A stretch of DNA of 61,515 nt, from NCBI RefSeq assembly GCF_006345805.1, contig NW_021833871.1, positions 1-61,515 on the forward strand, read 5' to 3'. Of the stretch, positions 1-12,665 are shown in pieces. Both the position numbers and the translations under genes were made by a program. Under the pieces are notes generated by a model. It searched no databases. It was not told the DNA's origin and saw nothing but the letters and a program-made list of their open reading frames with translations. Source of the DNA: Octopus sinensis (lineage: Eukaryota). How positions within the stretch are numbered: the first letter of the stretch is position 1; each line of letters starts with the position of its first letter.

Positions 1-1420
1 AATCCCAGCCCTGGATCCTTTTTTATCGACCCAAGAAATTTTGGAAGGTAAATTTGATCCAAACAGGATTGAACTCAGCAAAAAGCCGTAAGAAATATAT
101 ACAACATTCGTTCTACGACTGTTACGACGTGGTCTAATCGTTTCTTTTGTTTAGAATTAAATGCGTCTGCATGTTTATTGCACGATGTAAAGACCCCGGA
201 ATTGTCTTTCCCTTTATATTAAAGGGTAGAACATCCTACGTTCTTGTTACTAAGTCTCCCGGATTGTCTGACGCTGCTAAATACATTCTTATCTTTTGAT
301 ACATGCACTTGATTCTCCTTCTTATCATTTTGTCCTCTACTAATACGAATAAATTTATAACAAGCCAGTCTATGTTTTCCTTAGGTTGCTTTCACGAGGT
401 TTTCTCCTGTTATGCTTGCAGCGGATTGTATTTGTCTATGAAGATACACAGTACAAACATCAGAGCACTGAATGGGAGTCACATGAGAAATGTATATTGA
501 CGCATGTTGACGCTTGTGCTCTTTGACATCACCTGTAACATTTCTTTCTCTCACACGACTGACTTTCCGCTCCAAACACGAGCCCCTGTTGTCATTTCAC
601 AATTCCCTATTACATCTTACTGTCCCGTTTGATTTGCAGTCACGACCAATAACAGACCTCAGAAACATGTTCTATTATATCAAAATTCTTATTTGATTGT
701 ATAATTTACCCATTCTCTTTGTTCTGCTTTTTAATAATTAGTTATTTGATACAACCTACAACAAAACACCCCAAATCACTTTAGCTCGGTTTTTCTTACG
801 ATTATCCTTGTTCTATCACGCTTATATTACACATCTTCCCCCATCCTACATTTCACACACCCCTCAGATCATCGCTCTCTTAGTTACCCTCTAACGCCTC
901 CTTCAACGCCTCAACAGTTACACTTTTATTCTAGTTTCCATTTCCTATATTATTACAGCGATCATGGCACTTCTACACATTCCATCTCCCTAGAGCTTAA
1001 CTGTCCAAAACATTGGGTTATGTTTTCTATCATGGACAGTCACGTCACTTAATCTCCCTGAGAACTAAATATGGATTAATTTCTACCGACAAATATCATT
1101 AAATGTTTCCCCGGATTCTGAGTTTTAATCTACATATATCGATATTCATATCAAAGTATATCCATACACGCGCATATGTGTGAGTATATATGCGCTGGTG
1201 TGTAAGAATGTACATAATTTGAGAACTATATTTATATAGGTGCATGTGGATTTTACACACATACACAAATGTAAACATATATAAATATGTAAATATTCAT
1301 AGATATGTATGCATATCTATATATATATATACGCACACACTCACGCGAGCATGCGCACACACATATATGTGGGTATATTGTGTATTTGTGTGTATATGTA
1401 TGCGTCTACCTATATATACA

Positions 1421-1491
<71 letters not shown>

Positions 1492-2002
1492 GATAGATAG
1501 ATAGATATAGATATAGATATAGATAGATAGATAGATAGATAGATAACATACAGATGGATAGATTAATAGATAAACAAGCCATATAGAGCTATAGGTATAG
1601 ATTTGCGTGTGTAAGGACAAGCGATAAACTTATATGTACTCAATACATTATTTAGGTGGGCCGCAACAGTATTACCTGGTTATTACTTGGATATTAAACA
1701 AGAAATCCTGCTGTAATGTAAGTCATCATGGAATCCACGGTTATGACAGGCGATACACCAATCAGCTAAGTGTTTTCGTGTCAACGGTATGATATTTCGT
1801 TCATGATTACTACGAAGCAGTTTCCCATTGGACGATTTAGTTTGCATATTTAATATCGTTGCAAACTAAAAGCTTATGTTTCGATAATTAGTATCGGATT
1901 CTAAACGTGATGCTTTGATGTACGTGGTCTCAAAGATATTTGTTCAAAGATTTCTGTATATTTTTACAGCCTATCTACAAATATACATACATACGTGTAT
2001 GT

Positions 2003-2349
2003 GGTAATATGGTGACCCCCTTCGGTCAGACACTGACCATGGGTTTGCACCTAGAGAGTTACCTTCTGAGGCACAAGTCTGGGCAAGGTTGTTTTTTATG
2101 GAAGACCAGCAGTCGCCCATGCATACCGGCCTCCCCTCTCCACGTCACCGATGTTGTCCAAGGGAAAGGCAAGGGCCGATACAGCTTGGCACCTGTGACG
2201 TCGCAACTCATTTCTACAGCTGAGTGAACTGGAGCAACGTGAGATACAGTGTATTGCTCAAGAACACAACACGCAGCCCGGTCCGGGATTCGAGCTCACA
2301 ACCTCACGATCGTAAGCTCGACGCTCTAACCACTGAGCCACGCGCCTTC
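2003..2349 (-). mobile_element. Full-length tRNA-derived SINE (family C here) with 14-bp target-site duplication
   Basis: Minus strand begins tgaaggcgcgTGGCTCAGTGGttagagcg...GCTCGAATCCcgg (Pol III A and B boxes). Perfect flanking repeat acatacgtgtatgt at 1989-2002 and 2350-2363. Near-identical 5' part recurs at 4241-4378. Confidence 0.9.
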
Positions 2350-2845
2350 ACATACGTGTATGTAAGGAGGGAAAAATCCAAGTTCTGTCCTCCGTGAGGC
2401 CATCAGCTTCCTCCGGTATAACAATCCAGCATGTAGATGCTGTAGTTGTTGTACTGAGGTTAGGCACAAATTAGAGTTGAAAATTCTGGAAATATTGTTT
2501 CAGAATTAATAAATTACATCATAAGAAGTTTAAAACAATGTGTGACATTATTTATTCACCATTACACATATTTCTTTTGCTAAAGTTCGTCCAGCTGTTA
2601 CAACTTTCTGATTCATATTAGCAACTGAAACCAAATGAAACACGTGTAATCATAAATAAATGATACCAAAAAGATTTTACAACACATGCATACACATTTA
2701 TATTTACTTGTAAATTAATATATATATATATATGTGTGTGTGTGTGTATGTATGATATGTATGTATGTATGTATGTATCATGTATATATATATATATATG
2801 TATAAATATATATTTTTATATAATTATATATATATTATATATATA

Positions 2846-3085
2846 TACTCTTTACTCCTTTTACTCTTTTACTCTTTATTGTTTCAGTCATTTGACTGCG
2901 GCCATGCTGGAGCAGGAGCACCGCTCTTTTAGTCGAGCAAATCGACCCCGGGACTTATTCTTTGTAAGCCCCGTGACGCTATTCTATCGGTCTCTTTTGC
3001 CGAACCGCTAAGTGACGGGACGTAACACACCAGCATCGGTTGTCAAGCAATGCTAGGTGGACAAACACAGACACACAAACAACAT
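2846..3085 (-). mobile_element. 3' half of SINE family B (microsatellite-containing SINE)
   Basis: tttactct...gtttcagtcatttgactgcggccatgctggagc...gccgaaccgctaag...ggttgtcaagcaatgctag; the same sequence occurs at 5318-5675, 10047-10690 (opposite strand) and 19152-19545. Confidence 0.85.
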
Positions 3086-3279
3086 ATATATATATATATA
3101 TGTATACATATACATTTACTATATATATTCATATATGCGTATATTTAATACATACATACACACACACACATATATATATATATTATAAATATATATATAT
3201 ATGCAGTTAACGTCCATGCCTATATGCGTTTGCACACATAAATGTATATGTATATTTATGTAGCACACACACACGCACG

Positions 3280-3340
<61 letters not shown>

Positions 3341-4240
3341 TCCTACCGATGTTGAGGCGTCGTGTTCTTGAGCAAAACACCTCGTCTCACATTCTTCTGT
3401 GGTCGCTTCAACACCTGATGCTTGGTACACCGTGCACACCTGTTCGGACAAAGTCGATTTGGTGGAGAGAGTGATCAATTGCGCCAGCATTCGTTCACTA
3501 TTAACATATCATTTGTGCAGGTCGCTCTGGAAAATCTGAACGTTCCTCCGTCGTCTTCCACGGGACGAAACTCACCCGCTCACACATACACACACTTATA
3601 TATTGAATATATCGTTGTTGTTATGCAAAAGTGTCGTAAGTCCAAAACGTTGCTTTTTCAGAAAACGAAAAAGTAGTTTCACCATTGCATATCAAAACCG
3701 TTGTTCTACACTTTGATAATTTTTGATATCTTTGGCATCTGAAGCAGCTGGACATACGATAGTTTGATCAAAAGAACCGGTTATTGCAATCAAAAATAAA
3801 TACTGATAAAAAAAACCCCACCTTTGATCAAATTTGGACATACGACAGTTAAACATAACAGCGATGATATATACTGATGGATAAACAAATCGAATGGCAC
3901 ACGGTCGAGCCGTTTGTTATCCGGTCCTCAAAATATGAAGTATATCTATCAGTATGTACTATTCCCGACCGTCACTTCAAAAATTTCCTGAAGCGAATGC
4001 ATGGGAAATAGAATATATATTGTCGGACTCACGGTGATAAACCGGTGGAGGACGATGATCTCTGGGCTTACCATCCCTGCAAAAAGTGTCAAAGAATGAT
4101 TTACCACGTGCGTCACACGCATTGAGAGAGATTATTACACATGTATGTAGTTTACGTTCATAGCTTTCATTGGTATTCTTTGTAAACCATCTGCTGTCTT
4201 TATTTTAATGGTCTGTCAATATATACAGCGAGTTGCCTTC

Positions 4241-4378
4241 CCCTAGCTGAGTTAAATGGAGCAACGTGAAATAAAGTGTCTTGCTCAAGAACACAACAAG
4301 CAGTCCGGTCCGGGAATCTAACTCACAACCTCACGATCGTAAGCTCGACGCTCTAAACACTGAGCCATGCGCCCTCAC
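4241..4378 (-). mobile_element. Truncated SINE family C (tRNA head and start of body)
   Basis: Near-identical to 2218-2349 (agctgagt...gctcaagaacacaac...cgtaagctcgacgctctaa.cactgagcca). Confidence 0.85.
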
Positions 4379-4394
4379 AACAATAATAATAACA

Positions 4395-4461
<67 letters not shown>

Positions 4462-4473
4462 TAATAATAATAA

Positions 4474-5199
4474 GACCAAAGCCTCCCCACCAGAAATACC
4501 AAAAACATGTAATGAAAGAAATATTTCAAGTAACTGCAGAATATGTGGAGATGGACAAGAAACAATAAATCATATTATCTCAGCTGCCCAGTCTTGGCTA
4601 AGAAGGAATATATTCACAGACATGACAGAGTTGGAACCTACATACATTGGAAGCTATGCCAACATTATGGAAGAACAACAGAAAAAGATGGTATAGGCAC
4701 ACACCAGAAAGGTCACAGAAAACGAGAAAGCAACCATACTCTGGTATATGCCGATACACACAGATAGAGAAATTAAGGCCAACAGACCAGATATAGTTGT
4801 CAGAGATCATGAAGAAAAAAAATGCTTTCTATTGATGTATCAATACGGCAGATGACAACGTGTCTCTAAAAGAAATGGAGAAACTCTCAAAATACAAAGA
4901 CCTGGAAATAGAGGTAACTAGAATGTGGAATCTGAAAACAGAAACAATTCTATCATAGTAGGTGCATTAGGCATGATAAAAAAATATTCAGACAAATACA
5001 TAACAAAAACCCCAGGACTTAAAACACATATAATATACAGAAAATTGCACTACTAGGCACTGCACCATCCTAACGCAGAACACCTTTCCATACAATAACC
5101 AACAGAGCATCACAAAACAAATCACAGCACATACCCAAGGCCACAGAGCTCTCTGCGCTCGGTAGTGAAGTGAAAGCACGCTATAAAATAAAACTACTG
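4474..5199 (+). mobile_element. R4/Dong-clade non-LTR retrotransposon 3' end (CCHC knuckle, RLE endonuclease, 3' UTR), frameshifted
   Basis: Stitched translation: CRICGDGQETINHIIS-CPVLAKKEYIHRHDRVGTYIHWKLC...ILWYMPIHTDREIKANRPDIVV...IDVS...KEMEKLSKYKDLEIEVTRMWNLK...IIVGALGMIKK. Flanked by (AAT)n at 4379-4473 and 5200-5241. Confidence 0.9.
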
Positions 5200-5206
5200 A
5201 ATAATG

Positions 5207-5245
<39 letters not shown>

Positions 5246-5317
5246 GGCGGTGCTCCAGCATGGCCCCAATGAAATGCCTGAAACAAGTAAAAGAATAAAC
5301 GAATAAAAGAATATATT

Positions 5318-5675
5318 TCTTACTCTTTTACTTGTTTCAGTCATTTGACTGCGGCCGCTGGAGCACCGCCTTTAGTCGAGCAAATCGACCCCAGGACTTA
5401 TTCTTTGGAAGCCAGTACTTATTCTATCAGTCTCTTTTTGCCGAACCGCTAGTGACGGGGACGTAAACATACACAGCTTCGGTTGTCAAGCAATGCTAGC
5501 GGACAAACACACATACATATACATATATATATTACATATATATATATATATACATATATACGACAGGCTTCTTTCAGTTTCCCTCTACCAATCGATTCAC
5601 AAGGCTTTGGTCGGCCCCGGGGCTACAGCAGGAGACACTGCCCAAGATGCCACGCAGTGGACTGAATCCGGAACC
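5318..5675 (-). mobile_element. SINE family B, nearly full length, with internal (TA/CA) microsatellite
   Basis: Tail, body, microsatellite and partial tRNA head (ccacgcagtggactgaatccggaacc) match 10047-10690. Confidence 0.85.
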
Positions 5676-6991
5676 ATATATATATATATATAATATATAT
5701 AATATATATATATATAATATATATATATATATGTTATATACAAATTAAGTACCCGTCAAGTACTAGGGTCGTTAATAGTTCACACAGTCCCAAAATTTCA
5801 TGCCGTGTGCCTTAAGTAGAAAGGATTATTATTATTATTAATATTATTATTATTATTATCAATGTTGTTGTTATAAAAAATATATATATATATATTATTT
5901 ATACACACACACACACACATACATTATATATATATATATATTCATGTGTGTGTGTGTGTATCTTTATTTGAAAGATTGTTTATTCGCTTAATGGAACCAC
6001 AAAAAGCAACATGGTCATAAAAAATAACAATTTTCCCCCGTTCCGTCTAACTACTGTTTTTTTTATATTCAGCAAGTTAGATGTAACATCCTCTCTATAT
6101 ATGAATCTGTCTATCTTTCTGTCTCTCTCCTCCCGCTCTCTCCTCTCTCTCAGTCTTATTGCCCCTCTCTGTCGCTCCATCACCAGTCTCTCTCTCTTTG
6201 ATATTCAGCAACAGCCACACGCAGATTCACCGACGCTCGCACACGGACACACACACAGAGAAACAGACAAAGACACACTCAAACACACCCACGCATATAC
6301 ACACATACCACACGCACAAACACATTCTTTCCTACAAACATACACCACTCCAGACATACACATTCCGCCGCTCGCAAACGAAATTACCCCATATGTTTCT
6401 ACCTCCTAACCAATATCAAACACACCACAAAAATGTCACCAATGCCATTTTTCCGATGAGATTTCACGCCACTGCTTGTTCTAAAACCCCGTGGTGACCT
6501 TAAAAAAAAGTATTTTCCACGATGATATGGACGGGGGGCAGAGAAACGTTTTGATTTACGATCAATGTTGTGACATAGTTTGTCCATTTACGAGCGTCGC
6601 ATGTAAGTAAAATGCCTCCATATTTGCGTTTATGTCATATATGCATCGACACAGCTCGGAATTTATCGATTATTTGTATGTCAGATTATTTAGATAAAAC
6701 ATAATGCATACAAAGGCAAAGATGTGTCCAGCGACAAATAGATGCACACATGCACGCTCACACACACATATACACACGCACACACACACACTCACACAAT
6801 TTCACACACACACACGCGCCCGCATACACACATGTATCTATCCATAATATTCTTTCGCTTTCTATCTATATATATATATATCATATAATTATATATGCAT
6901 GTGTAGTATGCGCACACATACATACATATGTATATATATATATGTAATATATATATGTACACACACACAACACACACACACACACACACAC

Positions 6992-7037
<46 letters not shown>

Positions 7038-7060
7038 TATATAATATATAATATGTAAAT

Positions 7061-7090
<30 letters not shown>

Positions 7091-7091
<1 letters not shown>

Positions 7092-7288
7092 TCTTTTCTA
7101 CTTTAGCCCAAGGCCCGAAATTTGGCGGAGGTGAGGCCAGTCGAACATATCGACTCCAGTGCGCAACTGGTACTTAATTTATCGACTCCGAGCGGATGAC
7201 AGGCAAAGTCGTCCTCGGTGGAATTTGAACTCTGAACGTAAAAACAGAGGAAATACCACCAGTGAATGCTAACGTTTCTACCAGCTTG
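7091..7288 (-). mobile_element. SINE family A, diverged
   Basis: tcgactccagtgcgcaactggtacttaatttatcgactccga...ggcaaagtcgtcctcggtggaatttgaactc matches 10286-10516. Confidence 0.8.
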
Positions 7289-7297
7289 ACATATATA

Positions 7298-7498
7298 TGA
7301 GGGGCTGCTGAGAAGTTCCTGGTTTTGCGTACAAGATGATACAGGTGGATAAACTAATTATGATTTCTTTCAACATATTCCGCTCGCAGATTGACACACA
7401 TATTGCAGTGGTCCTTCAGCATATCTAAGTCCTTTAAAAGTAAAATTAACAGTAAAATTGTTGGGCCTTAAAACCAGAAACTTTTCACCACCCGCTCG
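7298..7498. mobile_element. Tc1/mariner-type MITE (~200 bp)
   Basis: Imperfect ~29 bp TIRs (tgaggggctgctgagaagttcctggtttt / aaaaccagaaacttttcaccacccgctcg) with TA on both sides (7296-7297, 7499-7500). Confidence 0.75.
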
Positions 7499-7859
7499 TA
7501 TAAATACGTGTCTGCATCTCTATGTATCCTAATTAATACAGCTAATATTTTACCCTGTTTAAATATGTCTTTAGTCTTTTCAGGGTCGATAAAATATCAA
7601 TCACATGTGCGAAAGGAATAATCGATCAACAATTTCTTGCTATTGTGTCAGTTATTGAGAATGAAAATTTTGGAAGGAGAACGTCATTGGTTATTATCGT
7701 ATCACGTGGACAATCTTTTGGCTGAATGAAATTCGAATCGTGGTTGCAAGACAAAGGATTGTGTGTATATTGGTTCTAATGGAATATCGCAAAAATTTCG
7801 TTCCACAGTTCTCAATGTCTCTATAGCTACCAGAATAAAGTCTATACTAGAATAAAGTC

Positions 7860-8130
7860 CCAGTACTATAATGGCTTAGGTTTCGAGGGTCTCCAACTGT
7901 TCAGTATTCTGGCAAACATCCTCAGAGTGCGAAGTGCAAATGTGGAGTTCTGCAAAGAAATCCGTGGACAATAATTCATCCAAAAACCCAGAAGAACCGA
8001 CATCGTGACTGGAGACACTTTGAAGAGCAAGCTTCGTCCGACTTGCTGCAAAACAGAAGATAATTCCAATCATACTGATAGACGAGGGCCCCAGCATGGT
8101 CTCAGTCTCTGACTGAAAAAAGCCAAAGAT
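7860..8130 (+). mobile_element. Decayed 3' end of the CR1/L2-type LINE also present at 17846-18600
   Basis: QYYNGLGFEGLQLFSILANILRVRSANVEFCK aligns to RYCNSLGFRGPQLFNILPKCLRDLHGVDVGFFK. Followed by tail ccccagcatggtctcagtctctgactgaaaaaag (8089-8128). Confidence 0.7.
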
Positions 8131-8418
8131 GAATGACGAAAGCCATTGTGTATCGTGAAGCTGATGTAGAAGGAAATAATTGCTCAAGGTACTGTGCAGT
8201 AAGTATTGAACTTAGAGCCACCTAATACCAGACACACGTTCTTCACTGCGTAGACATGCTTGCAAGCATGTTAGCTTCTCAGTACTTTCGTTATTGATCT
8301 TTTCGCTAGTGATGTCGGACGAACTTTATTGTTCTTAGTGTCACTGCTTCTAGCTATTTCGTTTTTATTCTATGTTACTATATATGTGCATGTGTGTGTA
8401 TGTGTGTAGAGTATATAC

Positions 8419-8456
<38 letters not shown>

Positions 8457-8604
8457 TAATATATATAAACATACATACGTTCTATATATGCATATAGATT
8501 GAATATAGGATACATATATATATATATAAGTATATTATATATATATACATACTATATATATATATGTATCATGTAATATATATATAATATATATATATAT
8601 ATAG

Positions 8605-8668
<64 letters not shown>

Positions 8669-10046
8669 TATAATATATTATATATAATATGTATATATAT
8701 GTTCATATAGACAAGACTCATATCTTTACGTATATGAAGTCTAAGGTTACATGTGTGTGTGTTTGTATTCTTATGTGTGTGTGTGTGTATGAGAGAGAGA
8801 AACGTTCGATTTTCATTTCTTTATTTTTCAATTTTGTTGTTTGACCCTTGATGATAAATGGAAATGAAATCTATACAGTTGGTTGATAACCAGAGTCTGT
8901 GAGTAAACATAATCGCATTCTATTGCCTTCTCTCTTTCTTTCCATTTTTTCCAACTTCTTTTTCCCTCTTTTTTTTTTGTATAATTTTCACTTTTATGAT
9001 TTGTTTTTCTTCGTTTTTTTTAATATTTATTCTCTTATGTTTTTTTTTTATTGATACACACATCACTCGGCGATAAAGTCAATAGTTCTGCTTAAGTTTT
9101 TTCCTTTTTTTTTCGCTTTTGTCTTTGATACAATTTTTGTCTAGTCTTATTGTTGTTGCTGTTGTGGTATTGCATCTCTTTTTTTCTCTATCTATCTCTC
9201 TTTTCATTTCCCTTCCTTCCTGTGTGATTTCTTTATTTTTTTTTTTTTGCTTTTGCCACGGTGCCACAGACAATGTCAGCAGTCACCTTCCATCAATATT
9301 GAAACCCACTACAACTGTCTTCTTTCACCCCTGTCAGACGATAGTCACCATGCAGTGAGCAAGAGGTCGAACAGAACTTCGAAAACAGAAACAAAACCAA
9401 AACTCCCCAATCGTAATTACATAAACCAAAAGCATAAACTATACAACAACAAAAAAGAAGGACATACTAATGACCAGAAGAACGAGACAAGAAACGAATA
9501 ACAGAAAAAGAAGTAAAAAGTAAAATTATTAAGAAAATAAAGAATATATTTAGAATAAAAAGCAAAGAAATGCATGGGGAAAATCTGCTTCAAAAATGCA
9601 ACAAAAAAAAAATATTATGGTCTAGACGAATATCAGAGCGAAAACTTTTTGTAAACTTCTACAAAAACAGACCTGTTGTATCCAGCGCTCATTAATCTTA
9701 TTGCAAACCTCAGCTGGTCTCTGTGGTGTTATTTTTTTTTATCATAGAAACATGTCGATATTCTGTCAGAAAGAAAATATTTTCTCGGTTCTGTGTTAGG
9801 CTACATTTGCAGCAGAAACACTTAACGATATTGTACAGAGTGTGGTGAATGCATCTTGTTCTATCTAATATATTGTGTTTTTGTTTTAAATCGTAATTGA
9901 TGCACAATAACATCGTTGATTACAGGTTTGTATTAATCCAATCACTGGATCTATGCATTCCTGGCAGCGAATAATCACAAGACACAGTCACAGAAAAGTG
10001 TAAACATCAACGGTGATAAATAATAATAATAATAATAATAAACAAA

Positions 10047-10690
10047 GGCGCAGGAATGGCTGTGTGGTAAGTAACTTGCTAACCAACCACATGGTTCCGG
10101 GTTCAGTCCCACTGCGTGGCATCTTGGGCAAGTGTCGTCTACTATAGCCCCGGGCCGACCAATGCCTTGTGAATGGATTTGGTAGACGGAAACTGAAAGA
10201 AGCCTGTCGTATATATGTATATATATGTATATGTATGTGTGTATTTGTGTGTCTGTGTTTGTCCCCCTAGCATTGCTTGACAACCTATTTCTTTACTACC
10301 CACAAGGGGCTAAACACAGAGGGGACAAACAAGGACAGACGAACGGATTAAGTCGATTACATCGACCCCAGTGCGTAACTGGTGCTTAATTTATCGACCC
10401 CGAAAGGATGAAAGGCAAAGTCGACCTCGGCGGAATTTGAACTCAGAACGCAGCGGCAGGCGAAATACCGCTAAGCATTTTGCCCGGCGTGCTAACGATT
10501 CTGCCAGCTCGCCGCCTTGACAACCGATGCTGGTGTGTTTATGTCTCCGTTACTTAGCGGTTCGGCAAAAGAGACTGATAGAATAAGTACTGGGCTTACA
10601 AAAATAATAAGTCCCGGGGTCGAGTTGCTCGATTAAAGGCGGTGCATGGCCGCAGTCAAATGACTGAAACAACTAAAAGAGTAAAGTGTA
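10047..10690 (+). mobile_element. Full-length SINE family B interrupted by a family A SINE
   Basis: Head ggcgcaggaatggctgtgtggtaag...ggttcagtccc, internal (TA/TG) tract, body resumes at 10516, tail catggccgcagtcaaatgactgaaacaactaaaagagt. Confidence 0.9.
10286..10515 (-). mobile_element. Full-length SINE family A nested in a family B SINE, 10-bp TSD
   Basis: TSD cttgacaacc at 10276-10285 and 10516-10525. Minus-strand head aaggcggcgagctggcagaatcgttagc...gagttcaaattcc. Confidence 0.9.
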
Positions 10691-11277
10691 AAACAGAAAG
10701 AATGGTAAAATTCCCGACAACGGAAGAACACCGGGAAAAATACAGATCATGTCTGTAAGTTTTAAGAGAGTCAGGTGTGATTAAAGAGAAATATCGAAAG
10801 CTACCTGGAGAAGATCAACCAAACGCTACGTCTTGTAATTGGAAAAAATTTAGATGTTGGAAAAATGGAAAAGGTCAATTATATTCCTCGTATTTCTGTG
10901 ATCTAAAGCAGAAGAAGATTGTATATGGTCTGCACACCTGTTTGTGTTTGGAATCAAATCTTGCTCACATCCCAACAGACCTTTAACAAGGCAACATCGA
11001 TTAAAAGGAGCTTGTAAATATTTTCTAAAACTATTATTACTAAAGCGCTGCTGGAATGGTGTCAATGAAGGATTTTGCTCGTTAAGGCTAATCATAAACT
11101 AGACCTTTAATTTATCAGCTCTTCTGCGAATGAAAGTCATGATTATCAGAATACCAAGCTCACAGAATTGTTAAAATGCAGAATCGTTAGCGCGCCGGGA
11201 AAAATATGCTGGCTACTGATAAAATTTTTAAATAAAATGTTATCCTTATATAGCAATATATATACAATACTATATAT

Positions 11278-11347
<70 letters not shown>

Positions 11348-11353
<6 letters not shown>

Positions 11354-11799
11354 CACTGTGACCATGCCACAGCATCACCTTCAGGAACCTTAATCAAATG
11401 AATTGACCGTATTACTACTCTTTTTCAGAGTAAGAAATTTATCTTTCTCTCTCTTACCGAATCGCTAAGTTGTGGGGATGTACACACAGCAATTGTGAAG
11501 CGTGATGAGGGACAAACACAGACAGAGAAAAACACGCACTCACACATACACACAAGCATATATATATGTGCATGTATGCTTGTGAGTGTGTGTGTGTGTT
11601 TGTGTGTGTGCGTGTTTGTCTCTGTCTGTGTTTGTCTCTCATCACGCTTCACAATTGGTGTGTGTACATCCCCACAACTTAGCGGTTCGGTAAGAGAGAG
11701 AAAGATAAATTTCCTTCTCTGAAAAAGAGAAGTACTACGGTCGATTCGCTTGATTAACATTCCTGAAGGTGATGCTGTTGCATGGCCACAGTGTAATTA
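11348..11799. mobile_element. 452-bp fold-back element built from two inverted SINE-B-like 3' halves
   Basis: Left arm taattacactgtgaccatgccacagcatcaccttcaggaa... is the reverse complement of the right arm (...ttcctgaaggtgatgctgttgcatggccacagtgtaatta), about 90% identical by eye. Centre is a CA/TG microsatellite. Confidence 0.85.
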
Positions 11800-12584
11800 C
11801 TGGAGCAAGTAAAAATGGTAGCGTTAACTCGACAAATACAGAGAATTCTACGGTAATTTGAGAAGATTTTGAAAGGAACTTAGGTATTGTATCAAATTAT
11901 TGTTCACACGATGTTGGTAATTTTTCAAGATTTTCCTCTTTCTTAATATAGTTTAACATTTGTGAAAACCGGGCACGATTTGTATATCGTAGTTGAAGAA
12001 ATAAAACAAAAAATACATGACGAGATTACGTTTCGCTGTTTAAGCACTGTTGTTTAGAAAATGCTTTGATCTGTAAGGCCACCGAAAGAAATCCATATCA
12101 TAACATTTTTAAAAGCAGAGGGTGCATTAAATTTTGCATTAAATTCGTTAGGAAATACTAAAGAAAAGTGCAATCACTGTATTACTGAGAAAGACCATAT
12201 GTTTGAAAAAGAAATGTAAATATGTAAGGAACTAAAAGAATAAAATAGAAATATCTAATAAATGTCGCCAGAAAAACAATTTTCATTTATTCAGCTACAA
12301 AACACTAAGCGGGCCTGATTACGTAAATAAAATGGATGGGGGCAGCAGATCAAACGGGAACTTCACAGACAATGCACCACTACACGTATGTAATTGATGT
12401 GAAACAGGTAGACCTATGCCTTCTGCAAAAACCGCTCACACATAACCAAACATACATACACAAATATATGATATAGAATACGTAATATGTACATAAATAC
12501 ATACTTGCACCCATACAAGGTATACATATATATGTGTATGTATGTATGTATATATATATATATATATGTGTGGTGTGTGTGTGT

Positions 12585-12665
<81 letters not shown>

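Noticed and set aside
2275-2349. tRNA-like sequences (also 10047-10110, 40544-40630 and others)
   Set aside because: They continue into SINE bodies with TSDs and lack a complete cloverleaf; these are SINE heads, not tRNA genes.
4033-4076. Minus-strand candidate micro-exon (ttttgcAG|44 nt|GTgagt); similar isolated candidates at 1656-1717 (+), about 29526-29594 (+) and from 60853 (+)
   Set aside because: Splice-like signals only, no recognisable product and no partner exons; expected by chance at this length.
10700-12250. Possible decayed hAT-like transposase flanking the 11.3 kb fold-back (RCWNG, LKAEGALNFAL-like words)
   Set aside because: Resemblance is too weak to support without a profile search.
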